Assembly (NCBI GenBank): GCA_030745285.1
Contig: JASLOV010000063.1
Span: 1-42,843 of the forward strand
Source: Dehalococcoidia bacterium
Lineage (GTDB): Bacteria > Chloroflexota > Dehalococcoidia > UBA2979
Direction of reading: 5' to 3'
DNA length: 42,843 bases
Made by a program: the position numbers and the translations under genes. The notes beneath the pieces were generated by a model, which had not been told where the DNA came from, did no database searches, and saw only the letters and a list, made by a program, of their open reading frames with translations. Shown here in pieces: positions 8,762 to 16,354 of this stretch (position 1 is the stretch's first letter; each line of letters begins with the position of its first letter).

Positions 8762-9757
8762 ATGGGAGAGGTCAATGTCGAGGGCGCCCAGCGGCCGACC
8801 CGGACGAAGCAGGAGATGGGGGGCACCGGCCGCAGTCAGATGTTCAGGCGCCGGATGCCCGCGTCGGCACGGCGACAGACCTTCCTGCGCCGGTTCGTCC
8901 TGGCGCCGGCACGGGACGCGCTGGTCAACGAGGCGCGGACCGAGGTCGACGACGTCGAGGCGATGACCACCGAGATCAAGGCGCTCGTCAGGGAGATGGG
9001 CGCGGAGGCGGTGGGGATCGCCGCCTACGACCCGCGCCTGGTGTTCGCCGACGCGCCCGAGCGAGACCATCGCCACGTGATCGTCTTCGGGTTGTCGATG
9101 AAGTACGACTGCCTGATCGACATCGGCCCGCGCTCGCAGGCTGAGGTGCACCGCGTGTACTACACGCTCGACGACATGGCCGTGCGGCTCGCGCAGCAGA
9201 TCGGCTCCTACGGCTACAGCGCCTGCGCGCAGCCGAACATGGGCGACATCCCACTGCCGGCCTACGGCTATCTGGCGGGCCTTGGCGAACTGGGCAAGCA
9301 CGGGTCGCTCATCTCGCCGGAACTCGGGTCGTCGTTCCGCCTGGTCGCGGTCTCCACCGACCTGCCGCTGCTGGTCGACGGGCCGAAGGACCACGGCATC
9401 GACGAAGTGTGCGCGTCGTGCAACGTCTGCACCCGCTTCTGCCCCGGCGACGCGATCAAGCCGGACAAGAAGGAAGTCAACGGCGTACTGCGCTGGCACG
9501 TCGACACGCCGGCCTGCCAGCCGTGGTTCTACAAGATGCATGGCTGCAAGATCTGCCTGATGGTCTGCCCGCTCAACGCCCGCGGCCGCTTGAAGGCCGA
9601 ATTTCAGCAGGTGGCCGCCGACATCCGTCAGGTCAAGGATGCGCAGGGGATGGTGCGACTGATCGAGCAGCGGACGGGCGAGGAATACGCCGACGGCGAC
9701 GGCAACGGTGACGATGACGATGACGATGACGGCGGGGTCAGTTCGACGGACCGCTGA
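8762..9757 (+). CDS. 2x[4Fe-4S] protein related to the epoxyqueuosine reductase (QueG) / reductive dehalogenase family
   Basis: A strong SD (GGGAGGGAGGAG) lies 5 nt before the ATG at 8762. The stretch YGYLAGLGELGKHGSLISPELGSSFRLVAVSTDLPL is QueG/RdhA-like. The cluster motifs are CASCNVCTRFCPGDA and CQPWFYKMHGCKICLMVCP. The C-terminal tail is acidic (DGDGNGDDDDDDDGG). Confidence 0.7.
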   Translation: MGEVNVEGAQRPTRTKQEMGGTGRSQMFRRRMPASARRQTFLRRFVLAPARDALVNEARTEVDDVEAMTTEIKALVREMGAEAVGIAAYDPRLVFADAPERDHRHVIVFGLSMKYDCLIDIGPRSQAEVHRVYYTLDDMAVRLAQQIGSYGYSACAQPNMGDIPLPAYGYLAGLGELGKHGSLISPELGSSFRLVAVSTDLPLLVDGPKDHGIDEVCASCNVCTRFCPGDAIKPDKKEVNGVLRWHVDTPACQPWFYKMHGCKICLMVCPLNARGRLKAEFQQVAADIRQVKDAQGMVRLIEQRTGEEYADGDGNGDDDDDDDGGVSSTDR

Positions 9758-11081
9758 GGTCGGGCTTGGCACCCACCCAGGCTGGGGTGCCCCCCACCTC
9801 GTTTAGCCCGGCCTTGCCGAGTTCGGCCACCCGTTCGCGGTAGGTCGCCCTGACGCCCAGGAGGGTCAGCGCCGCGGCCACCGACACGCCGATCAGCAGC
9901 AGGAACGCGTTCCGGTAGCTGCCCTGTGTGTCGTACATGTACCCGACGAGCGGCGGCCCGATGGCGAAGCCCACCGCGACGCAGGCGGTCAGCACACCGA
10001 TCGTCCGGCCGAGCACGCGCGGTCCGAAGCAGTGCTTCGACAGGACAGGAATGTCGACGATGGCACCGCCGTGCGCCAGGCCGCGCGCGACCGTGAACAG
10101 CACCAGCATCGGCAGCAGCTGGACCGAAAACGCCAGAACGATTGCCACCGCCATCAGGCCGTAGCACCACATCACGCCCTTCACCGACAGCTTGTCGTAC
10201 AGCCATCCGAACCCGAGCTTGCCCGCGATGCTGACGACGAAGACGGCGCTCAGCACGGTGGCGGCGATAGAGCGGGCGAACCCGACGTCTCGCTCGAGGT
10301 AGAGCATGAGGTGCTGGCCCATCGACTGATCGGCCAGGCCGATGAGCATGACCGCCAGTGCGACCAGCCAGAACGAGCGGCTGCGGAGCACCGCCGAAAA
10401 GTCCATCTCGGCCGGGGCTAGCGGGTTGTTGGGCGGTTGTGGCCGCGGGCCCGCCCCCGCCGTGGCTGCCGCGTCGGCAGCGTCCGGCTCCTTCACGATC
10501 CAGAGAAAGACCGGGATCGCGACCAACCAGATCCCGCTGCTCAGCAGCGCGACGGTCATCCGCCATCCGTAGGCCGCGATCATCGCGGTCGCCAGGAGCG
10601 GCGTGAACGATCCAGCCACGCTCGTGCCCAGCAGCGCGGCACCGATGGCGAAGCCTTGCCGATGCAGGAACCGCTGCGAGACCAGGACCTTGACGGCGAT
10701 CATGACGGCGATCGCCCCGGCCCCCATCACGAGGCCGGCCGCGTAGAACTGCCAGAGCGTCTCGATCCACAGGAAGCCCACCATCGCCGCGATTGACACG
10801 AGCGAGAAGACGACGACGATCTTCCGGATGCTGAAGCGATCGGCGAGCGCGCCGAAGAAGATGCCGAAGACGGCGCCCGCGCCGAACTTCAAGCTGGCGA
10901 CGAATGTGACCTGCGCCCGGCTCCATCCGAACTCGTCGATGATCGGCGAGTAGATGACCGGCATCACCATCGTCGGCACGCCGAACGCGAAGACGATGCA
11001 GAGAAACCCGGCGGCGACGACCCGCCAGTCCTCGGTCGCTGCGCCCGCGACGTCGCTCCGCGGTTCCAGGTCTGTGGCCAT
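9738..11081 (-). CDS. MFS transporter (oxalate/formate-antiporter or monocarboxylate-like)
   Basis: 447 aa with about 12 hydrophobic helices and a central hydrophilic loop. GALADRFSIRK is an MFS loop 2-3-like motif. The start lies 9 nt after the stop of the upstream amidohydrolase gene. Confidence 0.85.
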   Translation of the reverse strand: MATDLEPRSDVAGAATEDWRVVAAGFLCIVFAFGVPTMVMPVIYSPIIDEFGWSRAQVTFVASLKFGAGAVFGIFFGALADRFSIRKIVVVFSLVSIAAMVGFLWIETLWQFYAAGLVMGAGAIAVMIAVKVLVSQRFLHRQGFAIGAALLGTSVAGSFTPLLATAMIAAYGWRMTVALLSSGIWLVAIPVFLWIVKEPDAADAAATAGAGPRPQPPNNPLAPAEMDFSAVLRSRSFWLVALAVMLIGLADQSMGQHLMLYLERDVGFARSIAATVLSAVFVVSIAGKLGFGWLYDKLSVKGVMWCYGLMAVAIVLAFSVQLLPMLVLFTVARGLAHGGAIVDIPVLSKHCFGPRVLGRTIGVLTACVAVGFAIGPPLVGYMYDTQGSYRNAFLLLIGVSVAAALTLLGVRATYRERVAELGKAGLNEVGGTPAWVGAKPDLSGPSN

Positions 11082-11090
11082 GCGTCGTGC

Positions 11091-12098
11091 CTAGAACGTC
11101 AGCGTGTACACCTCGGTCGCCGTGCCTTCGTAGATCCGGGTGCGGTCGGCGTCGGTTAGCCAGTCGATCGCGTCGATCTTCTTCTTGACGTCGTCGATCC
11201 ACTCGCCGGTCTTCGGGTCCTTGGCGGTGCCGATACCCGGCTTCTCCGACCCGAACATGCAGCGGTCCGGGCCCACCCACTTGAACAGCAGGTCCAGTGA
11301 CTCCTGCGTGTACAGGCAGGTGTCGAAGTAGAGCTGCTTCAAGTGGTCCTCGAAGGCGCCCTGCTTGCGGCGTGACCACATCGCCCGATACCGGCCGATC
11401 TGATAGGGGATGGCGCCGCCGCCATGCGAGATGATGATCTTCAGTGTCGGGAAATCCTTGAACACGGTCGAGCTGAGCAAGGAGACGATCGCGATGCTCT
11501 CCTCGTTGATGAAGTGCAGCGAGTAGGGCTCGCGCGGCGACCGGCAGCTCGCGGAGTGCACGAGCGCCGGAATGTCCAGGTCGACGAGTTTCTCGTAGAT
11601 CGGATACCAGTATTCCTCGCCCAGGCCCGGCGGCGGCTCGCCTTGGCCTTCGTTCGGGTCGGGGTTGAGCAGACATCCGACGAAACCCAACTCCTTGACG
11701 CAGCGCTCCAGCTCCTCGATCGAGTTCTCGGGGCTGACGCCCATGTTCTGGGGCAGGCCGGCGACGCCGCGGAAGATCTCGGGGAACAGCTCGCACTGCC
11801 GGTGGATGACGTTGTTCACCGCTTCGATGTACCAGCGGACCAGCTTCTCGGGCTTTTCGCTGTGCATCATCGTGTACGGACGCGGCGAGACGAGTTGCAT
11901 GTCCGTGCCGACCTCCTTCAACTGCTCGAGGTGCGACACCGTGTTGAACGTCGGCGTGTTGAGCGCCGCCACGATCTGGTCGTCGGTGATGCCGAGGCGA
12001 CCGCGCCCGTGCGCGCCGCGATGGGCCAGCAAGCTGGCCTTGTAGGCGTACAGTTCCTGGGGCGCCGTAACGTGGGCATGCGTATCAATGACTCGCAT
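11091..12098 (-). CDS. Amidohydrolase-2 family enzyme (LigJ 4-oxalomesaconate hydratase / ACMSD-like)
   Basis: The N-terminus MRVIDTHAHV carries the HxH motif. NPDPNEG...WYPIYEKLVDLDIPALVHSAS, FKDFPTLKIIISHGGGAIPY and YFDTCLY resemble LigJ-type hydratases as I remember them. GAGGA SD lies upstream. Confidence 0.8.
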   Translation of the reverse strand: MRVIDTHAHVTAPQELYAYKASLLAHRGAHGRGRLGITDDQIVAALNTPTFNTVSHLEQLKEVGTDMQLVSPRPYTMMHSEKPEKLVRWYIEAVNNVIHRQCELFPEIFRGVAGLPQNMGVSPENSIEELERCVKELGFVGCLLNPDPNEGQGEPPPGLGEEYWYPIYEKLVDLDIPALVHSASCRSPREPYSLHFINEESIAIVSLLSSTVFKDFPTLKIIISHGGGAIPYQIGRYRAMWSRRKQGAFEDHLKQLYFDTCLYTQESLDLLFKWVGPDRCMFGSEKPGIGTAKDPKTGEWIDDVKKKIDAIDWLTDADRTRIYEGTATEVYTLTF

Positions 12099-12110
12099 CG
12101 TTCAGTCCTC

Positions 12111-12142
12111 TACCGATCTCCGGGAGTACCGATCTCCGGGAG
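12111..12142. repeat. Perfect tandem duplication of the 16-bp unit TACCGATCTCCGGGAG, directly upstream (minus sense) of the LigJ-like gene
   Basis: Read directly: 12111-12126 and 12127-12142 are identical. Each unit contains the near-palindrome CTCCGGGAG. An AT-rich stretch (12150-12190) follows. Confidence 0.9.
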
Positions 12143-12224
12143 CTCGGGCCGAAGCAATGAAATATGGGAACGATATGATATTTGCCCGACCGGGCTGGGT
12201 CAACGCCAGATCGCCGGCTCCGAT

Positions 12225-12530
12225 TCACGCGCGCCGGCTCAGCCACATGTTCACGTCGAAGGCGTTGAGGTCGGCGAAGCGCATCATCTCGGCCACGGCG
12301 ACGATGGCGTCGGTCGCCGTGGCGTCCGGTGTCAGCGGCGCTGGATGCTGTCCGGTCTGTTCGGCGCGATCGGCGTAGAGTCTGACGGCCGCCGTCACGG
12401 CGCGCGCGAGGTCGTCGTCGGACGGGATGGCGGTGTCGGCGCGACGTCGCGATTCGTCAGCCAGGCTCACGAACGCGTCTACGACCTGGGCGGCCGCCTG
12501 CTCGTGGCCGGGGTCATGCGTGGTTGCCAT
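12225..12530 (-). CDS. Small acidic hypothetical protein (101 aa), no recognisable domain
   Basis: Internal ATG of ORF 12225..12800, giving MATTHDPGHEQAAAQVVDAFVSLADES...FDVNMWLSRRA. GC3 is high in this frame. It lies between the Rieske and LigJ-like genes on the same strand. The longer ORF would overlap the Rieske gene. Confidence 0.45.
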   Translation of the reverse strand: MATTHDPGHEQAAAQVVDAFVSLADESRRRADTAIPSDDDLARAVTAAVRLYADRAEQTGQHPAPLTPDATATDAIVAVAEMMRFADLNAFDVNMWLSRRA

Positions 12531-12559
12531 GGGCACCTGTCTTCTTGGAATCTGGTGAG

Positions 12560-12949
12560 CTAGCGCGCCGCGCCACTCGTGCGCGGCAGGGTGATGAAGA
12601 CGTCGTTCCCGTCGGTCCGCACCTTGACCGGCCGCAGCCGGTACGTCGAGACGACAACGTGCTGGCCGGTCCGGATGTCGAACTCGAAGCCATGCCACGG
12701 ACAGATGATGTTCAGCTGGTCTTTCGAGAAGACGCGTCCCGCGCTCTTCCCGCCCTCCCCGACGTCCTCGAGGACGAGCGGGAGCATCTTCCCCTGACAC
12801 GCCGGGCCACCCAGATGCGGGCAGCGGTTCTCGTAGGCGTAGAACTCGCCGTCGAGCCGGAAGACGCCGATCTGGACGCCAGCGACGTCGACGACCCGCC
12901 GTCCTGGATCCTCGAAGCTGGAGGTGGCGCCGATCTTGACCTCAGGCAT
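12560..12949 (-). CDS. Rieske [2Fe-2S] domain protein (small ferredoxin/NirD-like)
   Basis: CPHLGGP ... CPWHGFEF gives the CxH...CxxH ligands. The start at 12949 (MPEVKIGATSSFEDPG) overlaps the upstream stop by 8 nt (CCAGATGCCTGA), suggesting translational coupling. The ligand spacer is unusually long at 37 residues. Confidence 0.8.
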   Translation of the reverse strand: MPEVKIGATSSFEDPGRRVVDVAGVQIGVFRLDGEFYAYENRCPHLGGPACQGKMLPLVLEDVGEGGKSAGRVFSKDQLNIICPWHGFEFDIRTGQHVVVSTYRLRPVKVRTDGNDVFITLPRTSGAAR

Positions 12950-14261
12950 CTGGCATGCCCGCGTCTCTGGCCCGAGCATCTCTCGCCGCCGGCGCCCCAA
13001 TGCCCGCGGGTTCGTGTTCGTCCGCGCCGTCTTCGGGCCGGGGCCGCACGCGTTGGGCGGGCAGTCCGAAGAGGCGCGCGGCGTTCAAGCCGAGAATGTT
13101 CCGCTTCGCCTCGTCCGACAGGAACGGCAGTGTCGAAATCGTATGAGGCGGGTCGAAGTCCCAGTGCGGCCAGTCCGAGGCAAAGAGCAGCTGGGTCTCG
13201 GCCTTCATCATCTTCATCGTGAGTTCGAGCGCCTCGGGATGCGCGCGTTCCATCGGCTGGCTGGAGAAGTACATCTCCTGCATGTACTCGCTCGGCAGCT
13301 TCTTCAGGCCTGGGGCTTCGTTCTGCCGCATGAGGAACTCGTGATCGAGGCGCTGCATGAGGTAGGGAATCCAGGCCATCCCAGCCTCCACCCACAGGGT
13401 CTTGAGCGTCGGGAACCGCTCGGGCATCGCGTTGACGATCCAGTTCGTGAGATGAATCAGGTTGTAGTGCGGGAACGACAGCGAGTGCATCGAGATGAAA
13501 CGGTTCAACGTGTGAAACGACGGGTCGTTCCAGTTGGGGCCGGCATGGAAGACGAGCGGCTTGCCGGTGTCCGCGATCATGGCGTACAGCCGCATGTAGG
13601 CCGGGTTGTGCACCGGTGCGTGACGCACCGAGGTGACGGTGAACCCGACGACCCCGGGTACGGCGCCGAACTCCTCGACCAGCTTCTCGCAGGCCTCCGG
13701 CGAGTTGAACGGCAGGTAGGCGAGACCGAGGATGCGCCGCTCCTGCGGCAGGATGATGTCACGTAGCCAGCGGTTGTAGGCGCGCGCCAGGTACAACTCC
13801 GCACCTTCGACCGGGCTCAACCCCAGCAGCAGCATCGCCGTCGGAAAGATGACCTGATAGTCGACGCCCATCGTGTCGATGGTCCGGCGCACGATCTGGA
13901 CGAAGCGATGACCCGCCGTGGCCGGATCGTCCGTGGGCTCGCGCGGCCCGCTCTGGTGTGGCACCCGGCCGGCCATTGACTGAAAGTTCTGCCCGGGCAT
14001 GAGATTGCTCAAGGGCATCGTCACGCCCTTGAGCATCGCCTGGGCGGTCTGCTTCAGGACGTCGTTCTCGAGCAGGTCGATGATCTCAGGGAAGAACTGC
14101 GCTTCCTGCAGGTGCGCGTCGACATCGACGATCAGCTCGTAATCGGCGTGACGCCGCGCGAACCTCCGAGCGTGCGCCAGGTAGTCCCGGGTGTCGGTCG
14201 CCGCCGTGATCTCGGGCAGATCGCGCACTGGCTTCGGAGCGGGCTCGTTCGTTGTCGACAT
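12942..14261 (-). CDS. Amidohydrolase-2 family protein (large ACMSD/LigW-like decarboxylase or hydrolase homologue)
   Basis: ATG at 14261 inside ORF 12942..14765, giving MSTTNEPAPKP. Motifs are VDVDAHL near the N-terminus, LVFHAGP, and ASDWPHWDF near the C-terminus (the Asp/His of the amidohydrolase-2 fold). The upstream ORF portion is low-complexity Arg/Gly/Pro. Confidence 0.8.
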   Translation of the reverse strand: MSTTNEPAPKPVRDLPEITAATDTRDYLAHARRFARRHADYELIVDVDAHLQEAQFFPEIIDLLENDVLKQTAQAMLKGVTMPLSNLMPGQNFQSMAGRVPHQSGPREPTDDPATAGHRFVQIVRRTIDTMGVDYQVIFPTAMLLLGLSPVEGAELYLARAYNRWLRDIILPQERRILGLAYLPFNSPEACEKLVEEFGAVPGVVGFTVTSVRHAPVHNPAYMRLYAMIADTGKPLVFHAGPNWNDPSFHTLNRFISMHSLSFPHYNLIHLTNWIVNAMPERFPTLKTLWVEAGMAWIPYLMQRLDHEFLMRQNEAPGLKKLPSEYMQEMYFSSQPMERAHPEALELTMKMMKAETQLLFASDWPHWDFDPPHTISTLPFLSDEAKRNILGLNAARLFGLPAQRVRPRPEDGADEHEPAGIGAPAARDARARDAGMPDA

Positions 14262-14345
14262 TCTCGCGCATTGTAGCGATTTCTCTAGGCGCGGGAGCGC
14301 GAATTCGGAAAGGATAGATGGCTGACCGCCTGAGGAGCAACACCG

Positions 14346-15269
14346 ATGCTGCACCCGAAAACCCCTGGAATCCCTTGGCCGGCCGTTGCCCTGCTGGCCG
14401 TTACGGTCGCCTGCGCCGGCGACGCGCCGGTCGAAGATGCGCCCCTCAGCGCGGCGCCTCCAGGCCCGGCAATGGGGGAGGGCACCTGGACGACGCTCGA
14501 CGGAAACGCCGTGCCGTACTCGGTCGCCGGCCGGGCCGACGCCGACGTGACCGTCGTCTTCGTGCACTGCTGGATGTGCAACAAGTCGTTCTGGGACGCC
14601 CAGCTGCCGGCGCTCGCCGGGGTGTACCGCACCGTGACCTTCGACATGCCGGGCCACGGCGAGGCGACATCCGAGCGCGACCAATGGACCGTCGCCGGTT
14701 ACGGCGCGGACGTCGCCGGGCTGATCCGGGAGTTGGGCCTCACCGACATCGTGCTGGTCGGCCACTCGATGGGGGGTCCCGTCTCGCTACGGGCCGCGGC
14801 GCTGCTGCCAGGCATCGTGCGCGGCATCGTGGCCGTCGACACGCTGCACGACGCGGAGTTCAGGTTCGAGGGGGACCAGATCGAGGCGATGATGCAGGCG
14901 TTCGAGACCGATTTCGTCGGCACCTGCGGGCAGTTCGTTGCACAGATGTTTCCCGAAGACGGCGTGGAGCCGATCGTCGAACAGGTCCGAGCGGTGGGAT
15001 GCGACGGGGCGAGAGCCGAGGTAGGGGCTGCGCTGATGCGCGACTTCGCGACGATCGACAGCCCGGCCTGGTTTCGGGAGGCCGGCGTTCCGATCAGGGC
15101 GGTCAATGCGTCGGCGCCGAACCCGACCAACATCGAAGCGAACCGCGCGTACGCGGACTACGATGCGGTGCTGATGGATGACGTCGGGCACTACCTGCAC
15201 ATGACCCGGCCCGAGGCGTTCAATCCACTGTTGCTGAATGCGGTCGCCGACATCGTCGGCGCGTCGTAG
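14346..15269 (+). CDS. Alpha/beta hydrolase, probable lipoprotein
   Basis: GAGGAG SD lies 8 nt upstream. The signal is WPAVALLAVTVAC with a lipobox-like Cys. The nucleophile elbow is GHSMGG, and the C-terminal catalytic His is in DDVGHYLH. Confidence 0.85.
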   Translation: MLHPKTPGIPWPAVALLAVTVACAGDAPVEDAPLSAAPPGPAMGEGTWTTLDGNAVPYSVAGRADADVTVVFVHCWMCNKSFWDAQLPALAGVYRTVTFDMPGHGEATSERDQWTVAGYGADVAGLIRELGLTDIVLVGHSMGGPVSLRAAALLPGIVRGIVAVDTLHDAEFRFEGDQIEAMMQAFETDFVGTCGQFVAQMFPEDGVEPIVEQVRAVGCDGARAEVGAALMRDFATIDSPAWFREAGVPIRAVNASAPNPTNIEANRAYADYDAVLMDDVGHYLHMTRPEAFNPLLLNAVADIVGAS

Positions 15270-15297
15270 CTGGTCGATCTGATACGAGTTCGCGAGG

Positions 15298-16266
15298 ATG
15301 TGGCTTCGTCGTGGAGTGCTGCTCGGCTGTCTACTGATGATCGGCGGAGGCGTTGCCTCCGCGCAGCAGTCTGCCGAAGAGGCACGCGAGCTCGGCTGGT
15401 CCAACGCGACGGACCTGAGCTACGTGCAGACGGACGGCAACTCGGCGGCGCGTACGCTGGGCTTCGCGAACCGTCTGCGATACGTCTGGCCCGACGCGCG
15501 CTTCCAGTTCGATATGACGTCGGTTCGGTCGGACACCTCGGACGACCGGTTCTATCAGGTCGACCCCGGGTTCGTGTTTCCCGTGGGTACCACGCCGGAC
15601 GACCTCACGTTTCAGCTCGTCGCACCATCGCCGTCGCCCGATGTGGCCAACTATCTCGCTGGCGGCAAGTACGACAAGAACATCAGCGAGCAGTTCTTCT
15701 GGAACGCCGGCGCGAGTTGGGATCGTAACGAAGACGCCGGGCTCCTTCACAGGTACATCGCCTTTGCCGGCGTGGGTAACACCTGGAGCGACACCGAGGA
15801 TCGGCAGTTCTCGACGAGCTACGGGCTCAGCGTGACCGATCGCGAGGAAGAGGCCTCCGACCCGGAGAAGGACCGTCGGTTCGGCGGTGCGCGGCTCGGG
15901 GTGGACTACCTGGAGCGGCTGAGTGCGATGACGGTCTTCGAGAGCGACTTCACGACGAACGTCAACGTGGCCAACGTGTCTGACTATTCGTTCAACACGA
16001 CGAACAGTGTCACGGTGTCGATGAGCGAGAACCTGTCGCTCAAGGTCAGCCTGCAGCTGCTGTACGAGAACGAGCCGGCGCTGGAGACCGGTCTCGACGT
16101 CGTCGCGCACGCCGAACTGCTCGATCCAGACGGCATTCCCGGCTCGGGCGATGAGCTGTTCGAGACCGTGGCATCAGGCGGGGCGATGCTCGTACTCGGG
16201 TCGGCCGACGCTCGGAAGGGCAGCCTGGACACCGTCTTCCGGACGGCGCTGGTGATCACGTTCTGA
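15298..16266 (+). CDS. Outer-membrane beta-barrel protein, DUF481/YdiY-like
   Basis: The signal peptide is MWLRRGVLLGCLLMIGGGVASAQQ. Amphipathic strands alternate, there are many D/N/S/T turns, and the protein ends in TALVITF (aromatic OMP signature). The N-terminal GWSNATDLSYVQTDGNS resembles DUF481. Confidence 0.7.
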   Translation: MWLRRGVLLGCLLMIGGGVASAQQSAEEARELGWSNATDLSYVQTDGNSAARTLGFANRLRYVWPDARFQFDMTSVRSDTSDDRFYQVDPGFVFPVGTTPDDLTFQLVAPSPSPDVANYLAGGKYDKNISEQFFWNAGASWDRNEDAGLLHRYIAFAGVGNTWSDTEDRQFSTSYGLSVTDREEEASDPEKDRRFGGARLGVDYLERLSAMTVFESDFTTNVNVANVSDYSFNTTNSVTVSMSENLSLKVSLQLLYENEPALETGLDVVAHAELLDPDGIPGSGDELFETVASGGAMLVLGSADARKGSLDTVFRTALVITF

Positions 16267-16354
16267 GCGTGACGCCGGCTGGGCTCCGGAACCTTTCGGC
16301 GGTGTCGCCGTATCTGCTAGTGCAACCTTGGCTTGCTCTGCTGGCGACTCGCGC

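Noticed and set aside
8588-9772. The N-terminal 395 codons of the 834-aa ORF 7268..9772 (-), which would make a giant flippase fusion.
   Set aside because: That part is antisense to the QueG-like gene (strong SD, Fe-S motifs) and reads as low-complexity sequence (VIVIVIVTVAVAV, Arg/Asp runs). The flippase homology begins near the ATG at 8587.
12531-12800. The upstream extension of the small ORF (191-aa version, 12225..12800 -).
   Set aside because: It would overlap almost the whole Rieske gene in another frame and is Arg/Gly-rich. The ATG at 12530 fits the intergenic gap.
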